DNA of 55,995 bases, filler included, from Squatina squatina (GCA_031763465.1; 3 parts of 3 records of this genome joined end to end with filler, not necessarily neighbours in it), one strand, 5' to 3'. Shown: positions 24,806-36,864, counted from the whole stretch's first letter. Numbers and translations: made by a program. Notes: generated by a model not told the origin, from the sequence alone.

Positions 24806-26928
24806 NNNNNNNNNNNNNNNNNNNNNNNNNNNNNNNNNNNNNNNNNNNNNNNNNNNNNNNNNNNNNNNNNNNNNNNNNNNNNNNNNNNNNNNNNNNNNNN
24901 NNNNNTTAAAAAAATAACATGTTTAGTTGCAACTCTTCCAGAAGCACTTTCATTGTTGGGTAAGTTATTTTTTGAGGGGGGAAAATACGTACTGCAAGAG
25001 AGAATAAGTGTGCTACCCCAAGCTCATTTATTTTTACATGCATTTCTCGTTTCATTTGCAAAAAATATATATTTTTGCACAGAAACGGTGGAAAAAAAAG
25101 TTATGCATACAACGGCCTTCGACTATTGTCTCCCCATCCGCCCCTTTCTAACGGGTTTCAGTATTTTTTTAAATTGTGTATGAAGTGCATTGAAAATAAT
25201 GCAAGCTCCGGCACTGTGAACAGAGAAGTAATCTGATGCCCTTATTTCTTGTTTTGCACCATGTTGGTTGTTCGCTGCCTGGGCTGGGGTGAGTTTCCCA
25301 GTGTGTTCCACTGGGTAGCGTTAGAATCCTGCTTGTGTGCCGCTCGACTCTGGTTTGACTTTACTGTAGTATCCTTAACCCGGGGAAACAGATCTATGAT
25401 TTCTGATACATCATTATAATCCATGCCCATTTAAAATAAAATAAAAATCCGTGGGGACCAAACCTACTTCCTTTCAAGAGATCGAGGCCTTGGCTGATTG
25501 TATGTAATACTACGGCAGCACTTCCTGGTGAGGCCCTGTTGTTTTAATTAGCACAGTGCCGTTACAATGGTATTTAATGTTATTTTCCTCTTGAGAAATT
25601 TAGTCAAACATTGCCTCTGTAGTGAAGCATTAAACGCTTTCGTATCCAATGTCTTTGGTTAGGCTTAATAAGGCTCAGTAGAGCCATCTGTCTGACACAC
25701 TTTCCTTGCCGATAAAGTAAAGGATTGGCTTTTAAAAGAGCCTTTGTATAAGTATTTCCAGATATATACAACAGAGGCATAGATGCATTCAAAGTTTCCA
25801 AACTTCATGCATTTNNNNNNNNNNNNNNNNNNNNNNNNNNNNNNNNNNNNNNNNNNNNNNNNNNNNNNNNNNNNNNNNNNNNNNNNNNNNNNNNNNNNNN
25901 NNNNNNNNNNNNNNNNNNNNNNNNNNNNNNNNNNNNNNNNNNNNNNNNNNNNNNNNNNNNNNNNNNNNNNNNNNNNNNNNNNNNNNNNNNNNNNNNNNNN
26001 NNNNNNNNNNNNNNNNNNNNNNNNNNNNNNNNNNNNNNNNNNNNNNNNNNNNNNNNNNNNNNNNNNNNNNNNNNNNNNNNNNNNNNNNNNNNNNNNNNNN
26101 NNNNNNNNNNNNNNNNNNNNNNNNNNNNNNNNNNNNNNNNNNNNNNNNNNNNNNNNNNNNNNNNNNNNNNNNNNNNNNNNNNNNNNNNNNNNNNNNNNNN
26201 NNNNNNNNNNNNNNNNNNNNNNNNNNNNNNNNNNNNNNNNNNNNNNNNNNNNNNNNNNNNNNNNNNNNNNNNNNNNNNNNNNNNNNNNNNNNNNNNNNNN
26301 NNNNNNNNNNNNNNNNNNNNNNNNNNNNNNNNNNNNNNNNNNNNNNNNNNNNNNNNNNNNNNNNNNNNNNNNNNNNNNNNNNNNNNNNNNNNNNNNNNNN
26401 NNNNNNNNNNNNNNNNNNNNNNNNNNNNNNNNNNNNNNNNNNNNNNNNNNNNNNNNNNNNNNNNNNNNNNNNNNNNNNNNNNNNNNNNNNNNNNNNNNNN
26501 NNNNNNNNNNNNNNNNNNNNNNNNNNNNNNNNNNNNNNNNNNNNNNNNNNNNNNNNNNNNNNNNNNNNNNNNNNNNNNNNNNNNNNNNNNNNNNNNNNNN
26601 NNNNNNNNNNNNNNNNNNNNNNNNNNNNNNNNNNNNNNNNNNNNNNNNNNNNNNNNNNNNNNNNNNCAGAACTGATCATGACCATTTTACAAATCAAGGT
26701 CATACTTTAAGTTTGTTGTTTTTGGAGCAAATGAGGATTTGGACTGCATAACAATAAACATTTGCTACCCCTGATGCTGTTAATAAGATGTTACTATAGA
26801 CACTCTGTAGTCTTGTCAAAATAGCATAACACGTGGTGAGGTGGTTTGGGCAAGCTGCAGTACAGAGGCTCTTAAGATAATTGGGAATCAGCAACTTCAG
26901 CTGATTAACTTTTCTTTTTCCTTTTCAG

Positions 26929-27082
26929 GATAGAAAAATGTCCCCATCTAGGCAACTGCTGTTCATTTCCATCGCTTTCACAATGTACATTATAGATGGA
27001 GTGACTGCAGCTGAAACACTATGTGGTGGTGAGCTGGTGGACACACTACAGTTTGTCTGTGGCGAAAGAGGATTTTACTTTA
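26929..27082 (+). CDS. IGF2: Insulin-like growth factor 2, signal peptide + B-domain exon
   Basis: Polypyrimidine-cag|[51 protein letters not shown]-a|gtaagt; [13 protein letters not shown] is the IGF2 form (IGF1 is CGAELVDALQFVC). Confidence 0.96.
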
Positions 27083-27584
27083 GTAAGTTAACCATTTTTG
27101 TATTGAATTCAGCAACTAAAGAATTGTCTTGGTGTGTGTAAAGCTTGCTGAGCCCTATTACTTTCCCCTATTACTAAAAATTCTTGTATGTTCTTCATGC
27201 CCTTGTTATTTGATTACTTTTTACATGTTGGGGGAAGGGTCCACTAATCTAAATCTCCATTTACAGTGCCTGTGTCTCCAATTACTTGGAGGTATTGTGG
27301 GGTCAGGCAATCTTAAGGGTCTGTTTCAAGACCAGAGGTGTCCATCTTTTTAAATTTTGGTTTGCCTCCTAGATCTACAGCCATTCTGCATCTTGACCAC
27401 ATGACAGTGTCATTTGATAATGACTTCCTTAAAGACAATACACTCCACTCTAGTGAGTTTGTGTCACGTCTACTAGTGTCCTAGGTTCTGCAAAACAAAC
27501 TGAATGGGCATGTTAATTGGCAGTGCAAAATTTAGGATCGTGTTCAAATTTTTGGAGCTCCAAAAAAAATCCCTTTGAATTTCA

Positions 27585-27735
27585 GGCTGCCATTGACAAT
27601 TTCAAAACTGAGATGAATAGATTTTTGAGGCAGGGGATATGGATCAAAGGCAGGTAAATAGGAGCTGAGATACAGATCAGCATGATCTCACTGAAAAGGT
27701 TCGAGGGGCTGAAATGGCCTACTGTTCCTGTGTGT
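27585..27735 (+). mobile_element. CR1 LINE 3' end in IGF2 intron
   Basis: ttcaaaactgagatgaatagatttttg...aggggctgaaatggcctactgttcctg tail. Confidence 0.75.
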
Positions 27736-29464
27736 GAACCCCAGCCTGGATTTAATACAATTCTGTCCATCGAAAGGCTTTACGGATGTTATTTGCATTT
27801 CCTTGGACCATCTTGCGCTGCAACATAAGGATTTTCAAATGGTTTAGAAATCCTGTTTCCTTGCAAGGTAATAATGAAAGGAAAAGCATTTCTCTGTTTA
27901 AGTTAGGGTTGTGTGATTCTTGACTTGACAAATCACACCTGCTGAGTTATTGTGGCCGTCCTGGTGCCATGTTAGTGAAAAATAATATGTGAAGCAGAAC
28001 TGGAAACAAATCTACAAACTCCTGTATATGATGAAGAGGGTTAGGATACTTTATTAAAAAATAAGTTATTGTTGTTCAAACACTTGAACTTCAGACTGTT
28101 TATTAACAATCTTTCTATAGCATTGGTCAATGATAAATGCTACTGGCTTCATAATTCTTATAATAACCTCCCTACCTCCTCCATTACAAATAAAAAGCTT
28201 CAAATACAGCTTCACTAGTCTTTGCAGCCAATCATTTGTGGACTACAAGCAAATGTTCCTTTTAAATGAATATTTTTTTTTTATTGGTTCCTGGGATGTG
28301 GGCGTCACTCTCAAGGCCGGCATTTATTGCCCATCCCTAGTTGCCCTTGAGAAGGTGGTGATGAGCCTCCTTCTTGAACCGCTGCAGTNNNNNNNNNNNN
28401 NNNNNNNNNNNNNNNNNNNNNNNNNNNNNNNNNNNNNNNNNNNNNNNNNNNNNNNNNNNNNNNNNNNNNNNNNNNNNNNNNNNNNNNNNNNNNNNNNNNN
28501 NNNNNNNNNNNNNNNNNNNNNNNNNNNNNNNNNNNNNNNNNNNNNNNNNNNNNNNNNNNNNNNNNNNNNNNNNNNNTTTGGAATTTGGCGATCCCGCCCC
28601 CTCCCCCCACCGGTTTAAGTATGGCGGCGGCGCTGCTAAGTGAGCGGGGGTTTCGTTGGCTGAGGAGAAGCCTGGAACAGTGAGTGTTCAGAGTGGGGGA
28701 TGGCTCCAGGTGCGCCGTTTGCTGGCAGTTGCTCGACAACCACCGGTTTTGCACCATGTCCTTTGCGTGCATTCACACTCTGGTCCTGATTTACATGGAC
28801 GGCGCAGTTATAGTGTAAATGCGGTGAACCTGACCCGACGCCAGACTGGAGGAGAGGGTCTCACTCCACATTGCTTCAGTCAGTTGGGGCCTGATTTATA
28901 TCTCACAGGTTTAGCGTTGGTGATGAGTCAAAACAGCTTTGCACAATGCTGACGTTGTAATGTGACCTCATTGTGGAGCAAATGAACAGCACCAAGTGGC
29001 ACTGCCTGCTCTTTCAATGCCCCCATTGAGGGGGAAATGGAAACTTTTTAAACCAAGTATGTGCAAAACTGCTTGTGAAACTTCAACTGTTGGAAAACTA
29101 TCAGTAAGACAAGCCAGCACAGACACAATGGACAGAATGCCATAAACCTCTATGATGATTCTATGAAGATAGCTGGCTGTTCTCCAAAAGTGCATTTGCA
29201 CTACAATATTAGAATGAAAAGTTGACTTTCCACCAGTTGCAGTTTTACTCTGATCCTACAGTTGATGCCATATAGTTCATTGGACCCCTCTGTTTCATTG
29301 CGTGCCTTTTCTGCTGTGTTAGCAAGGTCAAGTGGCCTGTGCTTTTTTTTTGGCATGATCCATAAATTTAGTTGCTTTCTAAAGCATTCAAGTCAATATT
29401 AACTGGAAGCGTCCTAGCATTTTCTTTACTGAAGAGGGAAAAAAAATTTTCTCCCACCTTCCAG

Positions 29465-29634
29465 GTAGAGCAACTGGACGATCCAATAGCCGTAGACAGA
29501 ATAGAGGAATAGTAGAAGAATGTTGCTTCCGCAGCTGTGACCTGGGCCTTCTAGAACTCTACTGCGCAAAACCTGTCAAGAAAGAGCGAGATCTCTCTGG
29601 AACACCTTTTAATCTTTTACCATCAGGAAATAAG
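29465..29634 (+). CDS. IGF2: Insulin-like growth factor 2, C/A/D domains and start of E peptide
   Basis: ccag|(S)[56 protein letters not shown]|gtatgt; the phase-1 start fits the previous exon; [13 protein letters not shown] is IGF2-diagnostic. Not in the ORF track. Confidence 0.97.
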
Positions 29635-30216
29635 GTATGTGGTTGTTTCATTTTTACCTCCATGCCATCGTGCTGCCATTTTTTGGGGAGAGGGGGTAGT
29701 TAAGTAAACCAGTTGTATACTCCTGCCCTCTGCTGTCAGATAGGTCTCCATTTCCAGGTTAAAAACGGTTGCAGTCATTCTTCCCACCTCCCTCCCCAGT
29801 CATTAGATTTATTGTTTTTAGGAAAGATTTCTGTTGTAGCCTACTTGGATACACTAGTATCAGCGATGGTTAGTACAGTTAATTATAGGCTGCTACATTT
29901 CAGAGCAAATCTGAGGCATGCTCTGTTTTAGTTAATTTTCTTCCCCACTATATTGTTTTGACTATTCTATAAACACATCTTAATTCTCCTTATCGTGATT
30001 TATATGCTGAAATAATTTGTCAGCTAAATCTTACCTGATTTTTTTTTTTCCCTTTCTTTATTAATCGCAATTAGCTGGTTTTTCACAAACTGAAATTTGC
30101 ACAATGCCGTAGGCTGATAACAAACAGCCAACAAAAGTGGAGTTGGGTTTAACGGCCTTTACTCTTACTGTGTTAGTACAGTACCATTGCTGGTATATGG
30201 GTACATGATATACTTC

Positions 30217-30330
30217 ATAGAATGAAGGAGGCCATTCGGCCCATCATTCCTATGCTGGCTCTTTGGTAGAGCTATCCAATTAATCCCACTCCCCTGCTCT
30301 TCCCCCATAGCCCTGTAATTTTTTTTCTCT
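30217..30330 (-). mobile_element. CR1 LINE 3' end
   Basis: catagaatgaaggaggccattcggcccatc...cccactcccctgctcttcccccatagccctg, as at 1455-1580. Confidence 0.75.
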
Positions 30331-30350
30331 TCATAATTTGACCTCCCTTG

Positions 30351-30450
30351 NNNNNNNNNNNNNNNNNNNNNNNNNNNNNNNNNNNNNNNNNNNNTTAATT
30401 AATTAANNNNNNNNNNNNNNNNNNNNNNNNNNNNNNNNNNNNNNNNNNNN
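30351..30450. other. Artificial scaffold-joining spacer N44-TTAATTAATTAA-N44
   Basis: Same 100-nt design as 15470-15569. Confidence 0.95.
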
Positions 30451-30456
30451 ACTCAC

Positions 30457-30539
30457 AGCTCTCCTTTGTCTCAACTTTGCAGCTTCAGTTGGATGGTTGA
30501 ACCTGAACTTGTGCACCATGCCCAGCACTATAACAGCAC
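30457..30539 (-). CDS. STARD9: STARD9/KIF16A exon, end of FHA domain
   Basis: ttttgcag|(G)AVIVLGMVHKFRFNHPTEAAKLRQRRA|gtgagt; kinesin-3 FHA motif G....FRFNHP.EAA.LR. Confidence 0.9.
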
Positions 30540-31740
30540 CTGCAAAACAAATTGAATCATGCTAAATAAATACAGAAGTAAAGGAAGAGCAGACCCCGTT
30601 ATTATAAATCTATGAACATACGGACACACTCATCTTGCCACAAAAAAAACACAGCACCTTTTCAGACAAAACATTTAAAATCATTTTTTTAATCTTTTGG
30701 GGGGAAAAATCTTGCGTGGGCAGTTTTGAGTTCTGGAACACTGTTGTGATGTTTCGCTGCTAACTTGGCCTCTCAGGTATTTTACATTTGGAAGTGATCT
30801 AAGTAGATGATTGCCACTGGTCCTTGTAGTGCTTGTAAATTCCTGGCTCCAGGTTAGAAGAACTCATCATGAAATAATCAGCTTTTTCTCCTCTTTATAA
30901 AATTGTATTGCATCTGTAATGTAGTGAGACATTTTGAAGTGTGATGGGAATATGCTAAATGCAAGACTTTCTACATACATAGCACCCCCATGACCTTGCT
31001 CATGGTGAGTTGGTGGATAAACTGCTTTATCCCATGTAAGGCGAAATATATCATCACGCCCATGTACTTCCAGTGACTGGATAAATCATGTTGGGTTTTT
31101 ACGACAGAGTCTTGTGGGAATGCGAGTGGTATTTCTAGGCTTGATGTTGATGTTTGTATGCGTGTGGAAACTCAATCAGTAGTTTTGATTATTACTATAG
31201 GTTTGCTTAACGATGTAGTTAATGTTGTATTTTAGCTTTTTTGAAACCCCAGGAATGGAAGATGTTAGGGATGTCACAGGCTACAAGTAGGCATGTTGTA
31301 CATTGGGCATGTAATACGATATAGGAGTTTTTAGGGATTTGTCCTGGAGTGNNNNNNNNNNNNNNNNNNNNNNNNNNNNNNNNNNNNNNNNNNNNNNNNN
31401 NNNNNNNNNNNNNNNNNNNNNNNNNNNNNNNNNNNNNNNNNNNNNNNNNNNACAAAATGATACGGTGCAATCCCAAATTCTACAATTAGTCACAGCGAGG
31501 ATGATTATGAGGTACTTCCAAGAGTTAGGAAAGAACAAATAAGTACAGCAAAATCAAAAAAGTCAACCTGAACTTTCTCGTGTCTGATCTACAGTAGCAT
31601 AAGCATAGAAGAAGGTAACCCATTAGTCAGGAGATCTTTGACAGAAAGGGAAAATATTCAGAGAATAAATGTAATATTTTTACAAAACACTAATATTGAA
31701 ACTAAAATTGAATCAATCCAAAACAGGCCTGAAATCTTAC

Positions 31741-31920
31741 CCTGAGATGATAGAGAGCAACACCTGTACTTAATATATCCTCATCCACTGCTATTAAATG
31801 AGGCAACTGCGAGACAACAATCACTCCTGTTTTCCCTCTGTTTATGTCTACGTAGTATTCCTCCATGATTGCTTTTGTGTCTTTCCATCTGTCTGTCCAA
31901 TCTTTGGTGAGCTGGTCTAC
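31741..31920 (-). CDS. STARD9: STARD9/KIF16A exon, coiled coil into FHA
   Basis: tcag|VDQLTKDWTDRWKDTKAIMEEYYVDINRGKTGVIVVSQLPHLIAVDEDILSTGVALYHLR|gtaaga, 180 nt; matches STARD9 DQLTKDWT...VDINR..GV....LPHL....D.LSTGV.LYHL. Confidence 0.93.
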
Positions 31921-32184
31921 CTGACAGAGATCACAGGAATTCTTGGCGTCAGTATTTAAAGTAACAAATTAATCTAAACTACATGGGATCAAATTTTAAC
32001 TTCAAATTCATGCCCCAAATTCTGTATCAATGTATTATTAATATAAACAGAGATACTGACATTACTATCCAATTTACAACTAAGACTACAAAACAGCATT
32101 AATTAGCTATTTTATATAATGAATTGCAATGAATAGGAAAATATTCAGGTAATCTGGTTGCCCTTCAACGTCTTAACATGTTAG

Positions 32185-32347
32185 ACATGGCTCAATGGGA
32201 GGACTCTCACTTCTGAGTCAGAAGGTCCACTCCAGAGACTTGAGCACAACCAGTCTGGCATTCTAGTGCAGAGCTGCAGGAATGCTGCATTGTTGGAGGT
32301 GTTATCTTTGAGATGAGATGTTAAACTGAGGCCCCGCCTGTCCTCTC
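32185..32347 (+). mobile_element. Deu-domain SINE 5' fragment
   Basis: catggctcaatgggaggactctcacttctgagtcagaagg...ccagagacttgagcaca, the same head as 39309. Confidence 0.7.
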
Positions 32348-33800
32348 NNNNNNNNNNNNNNNNNNNNNNNNNNNNNNNNNNNNNNNNNNNNNNNNNNNNN
32401 NNNNNNNNNNNNNNNNNNNNNNNNNNNNNNNNNNNNNNNNNNNNNNNTTAGGGGCTGTGTGTAGCCCTCAGAACACAGAATGGACACCCCTGTATTATGC
32501 ATTTGCATGAAATTCCTCGATCTAAGTGGAGGCCCTAAACCATTTCACTACATTTAGTTATTGTTAATCTGTACACAGCAATGTTTCAAAGCCAGAGTGT
32601 CACCAACATGCACGTGTGTGCCTCAGTATATAATGAAAGAGGGATCTGTCAGACCCTACTCCAAGAAACAGGATTCCATGGGCGCTGGATATAGCTCGCT
32701 CAAGTGGCCAATTTTCACGTGTGAGCTGAGGCGGTGGACATTGCCTGGCCATTCGGTTATGGCGGGCATCACAGCTGAGTCAGATGCTTTTCTCACTTGG
32801 CGTCCACACACATACACTTTCCAGCACAGGTCTAATGATCAGGCACAGGAGCCTTGATGCCAAAATTAGCAGTTGCGTGTGACTAGGTCACAGGATGCAG
32901 ACAATTTAAAAGTGCAAATAATCTGGGCTAATACGGGCTGATTAACTTCTTCCTGTTATTGCGTTTGTGTGAAGTCGCAGCATGGATAACAGATTTACTG
33001 CTTGTGTGTGCTTTTTGTTAGTTCCTATTGCAACCTCCCACATGACCTCCATCAATCGAGATAGGGAATTAAAAAATCAGCACAGGACTAAAGATAGCCA
33101 AACACTGGACTATGTTGGACACAGATTCCACAATCACCGTCAACATCATTATGTTGCTGGGCAAAATAACAGACACTCCTTTGGGAAAAAAGTTTTGCCT
33201 GTTCTTGCAACTCCTGAGTTGCATTGTAATATACTCCACCTAGTGGCCAGGCCAAGAACTGGTATTGATTTTATTTAGAATTCATCGGAGAAGGCTGGCT
33301 GGCTCTGTGACAGGGTAGGGCAAGTAAACTGGATGACCAAGGGAAGCATTAGGACATGGAAACGGAAACCGGCTACTCCTAATGTTGGACGGTGTGCAAT
33401 TCAAGGGTGAGAAAGCAATGCAGAATTGGGGAGGAATGGAAAAAAAGAGGAATGGTACAGTGAGGGTGTGCAACAGACTATGTAGTGGGATAGAGGATGA
33501 AACTTAATATTGACTTCCCATCTCAGCCACAATCATGGGGATGGTGTGACAGAGGGTGGGAGTATTACCCTGGACTATTCATGCACACCTCCAACATAGC
33601 AACATTGGCAGCTCCCTCCTTGGTCTTTCCAGGGAATGGTGCATAGCTTGGGCAACACTTGGAGAGGAGATTTTTTTTAATATACAAAAGACGAGATAAA
33701 AAGACTTCACACTTAGAGATTCTTGGAATATTATGTGTTTATTCAAAGCTTGCCAGCCAATTAAATTAAATGCTCATTTTGAAATGACCATGATACTCAC

Positions 33801-33992
33801 TTGCAATCATGATGGTTTTAGAATTCCCTCCAAGGCTGTCCTTGAGAAGCCAGGTGAGGACAGAATCACGGTAAGGGATATAATATTGCCGTCTGCTGCT
33901 CACCGAATATGCGCTGGAATGGCTTCCAGTGTCTCCTTCACTCAGTACACTATTAATACTCTGGCAGCTGCTGGACATCTGGGAATTTTGTG
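33801..33992 (-). CDS. STARD9: STARD9/KIF16A motor-domain exon
   Basis: gcag|(A)[63 protein letters not shown]|gtgagt, 192 nt. Kinesin [20 protein letters not shown]; the Ser-rich insert (SSCQS.NS...RRQ.YIPY) is STARD9-type rather than KIF16B. Confidence 0.95.
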
Positions 33993-34130
33993 CTGCATAT
34001 TTCAAGCAGCAACCTGAAGCACCACTCTCCTAAATGTAAAGTGCCTTGTCTACGGAATGTTTGTGATTTGTGAGAATGTTTGAGAGCTCATTGACACCTG
34101 TATGGCAACCTGCATATATAGCAGGCTTGA

Positions 34131-34430
34131 GCCTTGAGAAACACGCATCCCACTGGACTCGGGTCTCGAGAAACACGCATCCCACTGGACACGAGCCTCA
34201 AGAAATACGCATCGCACTGGACTCAAGTCTCCAGAAGCACACATCCCACTGGACTCGAGTCTCGAGAAACACACATCCCACCGGACTCGAGTCTCGAGAA
34301 ACACACATCTCACTGGACTCGAGTCTCCAGAAGCACACATCCCACTGGACTCGAGCCTCGAGAAACACTCATCGCACTGGACACGAGCCTCGAGAAACAC
34401 TCATCGCACTGGACTCGAGCCTCCAGATAC
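34131..34430. repeat. ~32-bp minisatellite in STARD9 intron
   Basis: About nine units of gagaaacac(a/g)catc(c/g)cactggactcgag(t/c)ctc, running into a gap. Confidence 0.9.
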
Positions 34431-35224
34431 ANNNNNNNNNNNNNNNNNNNNNNNNNNNNNNNNNNNNNNNNNNNNNNNNNNNNNNNNNNNNNNNNNNNNN
34501 NNNNNNNNNNNNNNNNNNNNNNNNNNNNNNNGTTGGTAATGCTGACACCAGCAGTTAAAGAACGAAGTGTAGTGTGTGAAATTTTGTACGCAGTTTAAAA
34601 TCATATTATCGTATGAACCCTAAAAATAAAATAACATTCAGAGAATGGGCCTTTTCCACGGATTGTTACAGAGAAGAAGCTAAGCTGGTGAAGGCACATA
34701 GTGTACGTGGAACTTCTTTGCATTACAAAGTATTTTTCAATTTTTGTTCTTGGGATATGGATGATGCTGGCAAGGCTGCATTTGTTGCCCATCCCTAATT
34801 GCCATGAGAAGCTCTTGTAGGAGCACTGCAGACATGGTGTTAGGTGGGATATCTCAAGAAGTTGCCCCAGCAATGATGAAAGAATGGTGATTTTTGGCCA
34901 AGTCTGAATAATGTGTGACGTGGAAGAGAACTTGGAGGTGATGGTGTTCCTATCTTTGAGTGGGAAATAGAAAACAGGTGATCTAAATGCCAATGTAAAA
35001 TTGAAACCTGTCACTGCAGCAGATGTTAATGGGACAGACTGTGCAGCAGTTCAGATAATGATTTTATCAATATTTGTACCCGATTTACAGGACAAGAAAG
35101 TCATGACCCCAAAAAATCACGTGACGGTGCATCTTGATACAAAGGTGTGCCCGTACTGAACCTCTGCTTCTGGGGGCCCAGACAATTTTGCGGTGCCAAG
35201 AGGAGAACCCATGATTTCTGGTGC

Positions 35225-35449
35225 AAAAACCCAACAGAAAAAGTGCCCCAACTGTGGCTAACAAAAGAAATTAAGAATAGTATTAGGTCAAAGGAGGAGT
35301 CATATAAAGTGGCCAGAAACAGCAGCAAGCCTGAGGATTGGGAGCAGTTTAGGATTCAGCAAAGGAAGGCCGAGAAATTGATAAAGAAAGGGAAAATAGA
35401 ATACGAGAGTAAACTAGTGAGAAACATAAAAACGGACTGTAAAAGCTTC
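35225..35449 (+). mobile_element. CR1 LINE ORF2 fragment (between endonuclease and RT)
   Basis: PQLWLTKEIKNSIRSKEESYKVARNSSKPEDWEQFRIQQRKAEKLIKKGKIEYESKLVRNIKTDCKSF; W.T.EI...K.AY...W..F...YE.KLA.NIK...KSF pattern. Confidence 0.85.
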
Positions 35450-35954
35450 NNNNNNNNNNNNNNNNNNNNNNNNNNNNNNNNNNNNNNNNNNNNNNNNNNN
35501 NNNNNNNNNNNNNNNNNNNNNNNNNNNNNNNNNNNNNNNNNNNNNNNNNTATTTTATACAGATGTTATCTGGAGATGAAAAATTTGCTGTCAAATACAAT
35601 ATACTGCAGTCAAGGTAAATTAAATAGCCTAAACACACTTCAGGTGCAACATCATACAAACGAGTGACATCCTTTGTCCCATCTCATGCAGTAATACATC
35701 AGCAACACCACCACTAAAATAGAATAAAATCAAAAGGGCATTTGAAATCTAACACGTTATAAGGAGCAATACATCTCTCGCTAAATTTAAGACAGTAATC
35801 TAATACCTGGGTTCAGGTGGCAAACATAGGCCAACCTAGCTTTTCTCTTGTGGTTTACAATATCATCTGCCTTCCCCCACAGAGCTGATTGGATTACAAC
35901 CTTAAGTCACAGAGCTATTAATTATCCACACACACACACATCAAGAAGTTAATT

Positions 35955-36106
35955 AGGGGTGTAATTGGTCTGCGTCAGTTAACACGAAACGGGCTCTCAG
36001 CCAATCGGCAGTCCATTTTACACCCCACCCGATTTTATTTTCAATTGTCGTGCTGATTCGCTACAAGCCCCATTCCGTGTTACTGGTGTAGATCAATTGC
36101 ACCCTC
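35955..36106. mobile_element. Palindromic MITE
   Basis: aggggtgtaattggtc...gatcaattgcaccctc TIRs; shares aatcggcag and cgattttattt with the 14985/18334 family; TSD ambiguous. Confidence 0.65.
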
Positions 36107-36747
36107 AATTGTCATCAGCTTCGCATTTAAAAAATAAATGACTATCAACATGTGAGAATTAGCTATTGTAGAAATAAATATGTATAACTAAAAATATATT
36201 TAGAGTCCAAAACATGTTAATTTTATTGTCCTTGTAGGTATATTGATTAACGGTCTAAAAGATACATCCGAGACAGCTTTAGGAGTGAGTGACCAATCCA
36301 AGTGAGAAGAACACGAAAGAGCATAGCACTTTAAGTGTCAGCCTGGCTCCATTGGTAACACACTCACTTCCGAATCAGAAGGTTGTACATTCAAAAATTC
36401 CAGTACATAGCATTCTTAGCTGCTCTAACAGAGTCTGCTGCAGGAATGTTAGTACATTCTATGCAGTAAGGGAAGGAGTATAAATTTATACAGCAAGGTT
36501 CCACACCGAGGTATGAATCTCCATGAATGTAGCAGTGCTGCAGTCTGCACTTAGTGCAATTGTACATCACTTTACCAGTAGAATTGTCCTTCCCGGCAGC
36601 TATATTTGGAGGACTTTTTCCAACAGTCTGCATATCAACCAATCACAGTTGAAATCTTAAAACAGTCGACAACCACCATAAATGCACGCTTTTAAGGTTG
36701 CAATGGATAATACCAGAGAAATCGGATTAACAGTTCACAATACTCAC

Positions 36748-36864
36748 CAGTTCCTGAGGTGCAAAGTTGGTAGAGTCAGAATCCACTGACCAGTAACAGT
36801 AATCAAAGGTGAACTCTATATTCCGCTCCCTTGTATCCCCTGGGCTATCGAGCCGGGGGTCCAG
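36748..36864 (-). CDS. STARD9: STARD9/KIF16A early motor-domain exon
   Basis: tag|LDPRLDSPGDTRERNIEFTFDYCYWSVDSDSTNFAPQEL|gtgagt, 117 nt; F.FDYCYWSV...Q motif. Confidence 0.93.

Noticed and set aside
34050-34598. Repetitive ORFs, and a CRISPR-like look of the ~32-bp repeats
   Set aside because: Head-to-tail minisatellite with no unique spacers and no cas genes, in vertebrate DNA; the ORFs are by-products of the repeat.
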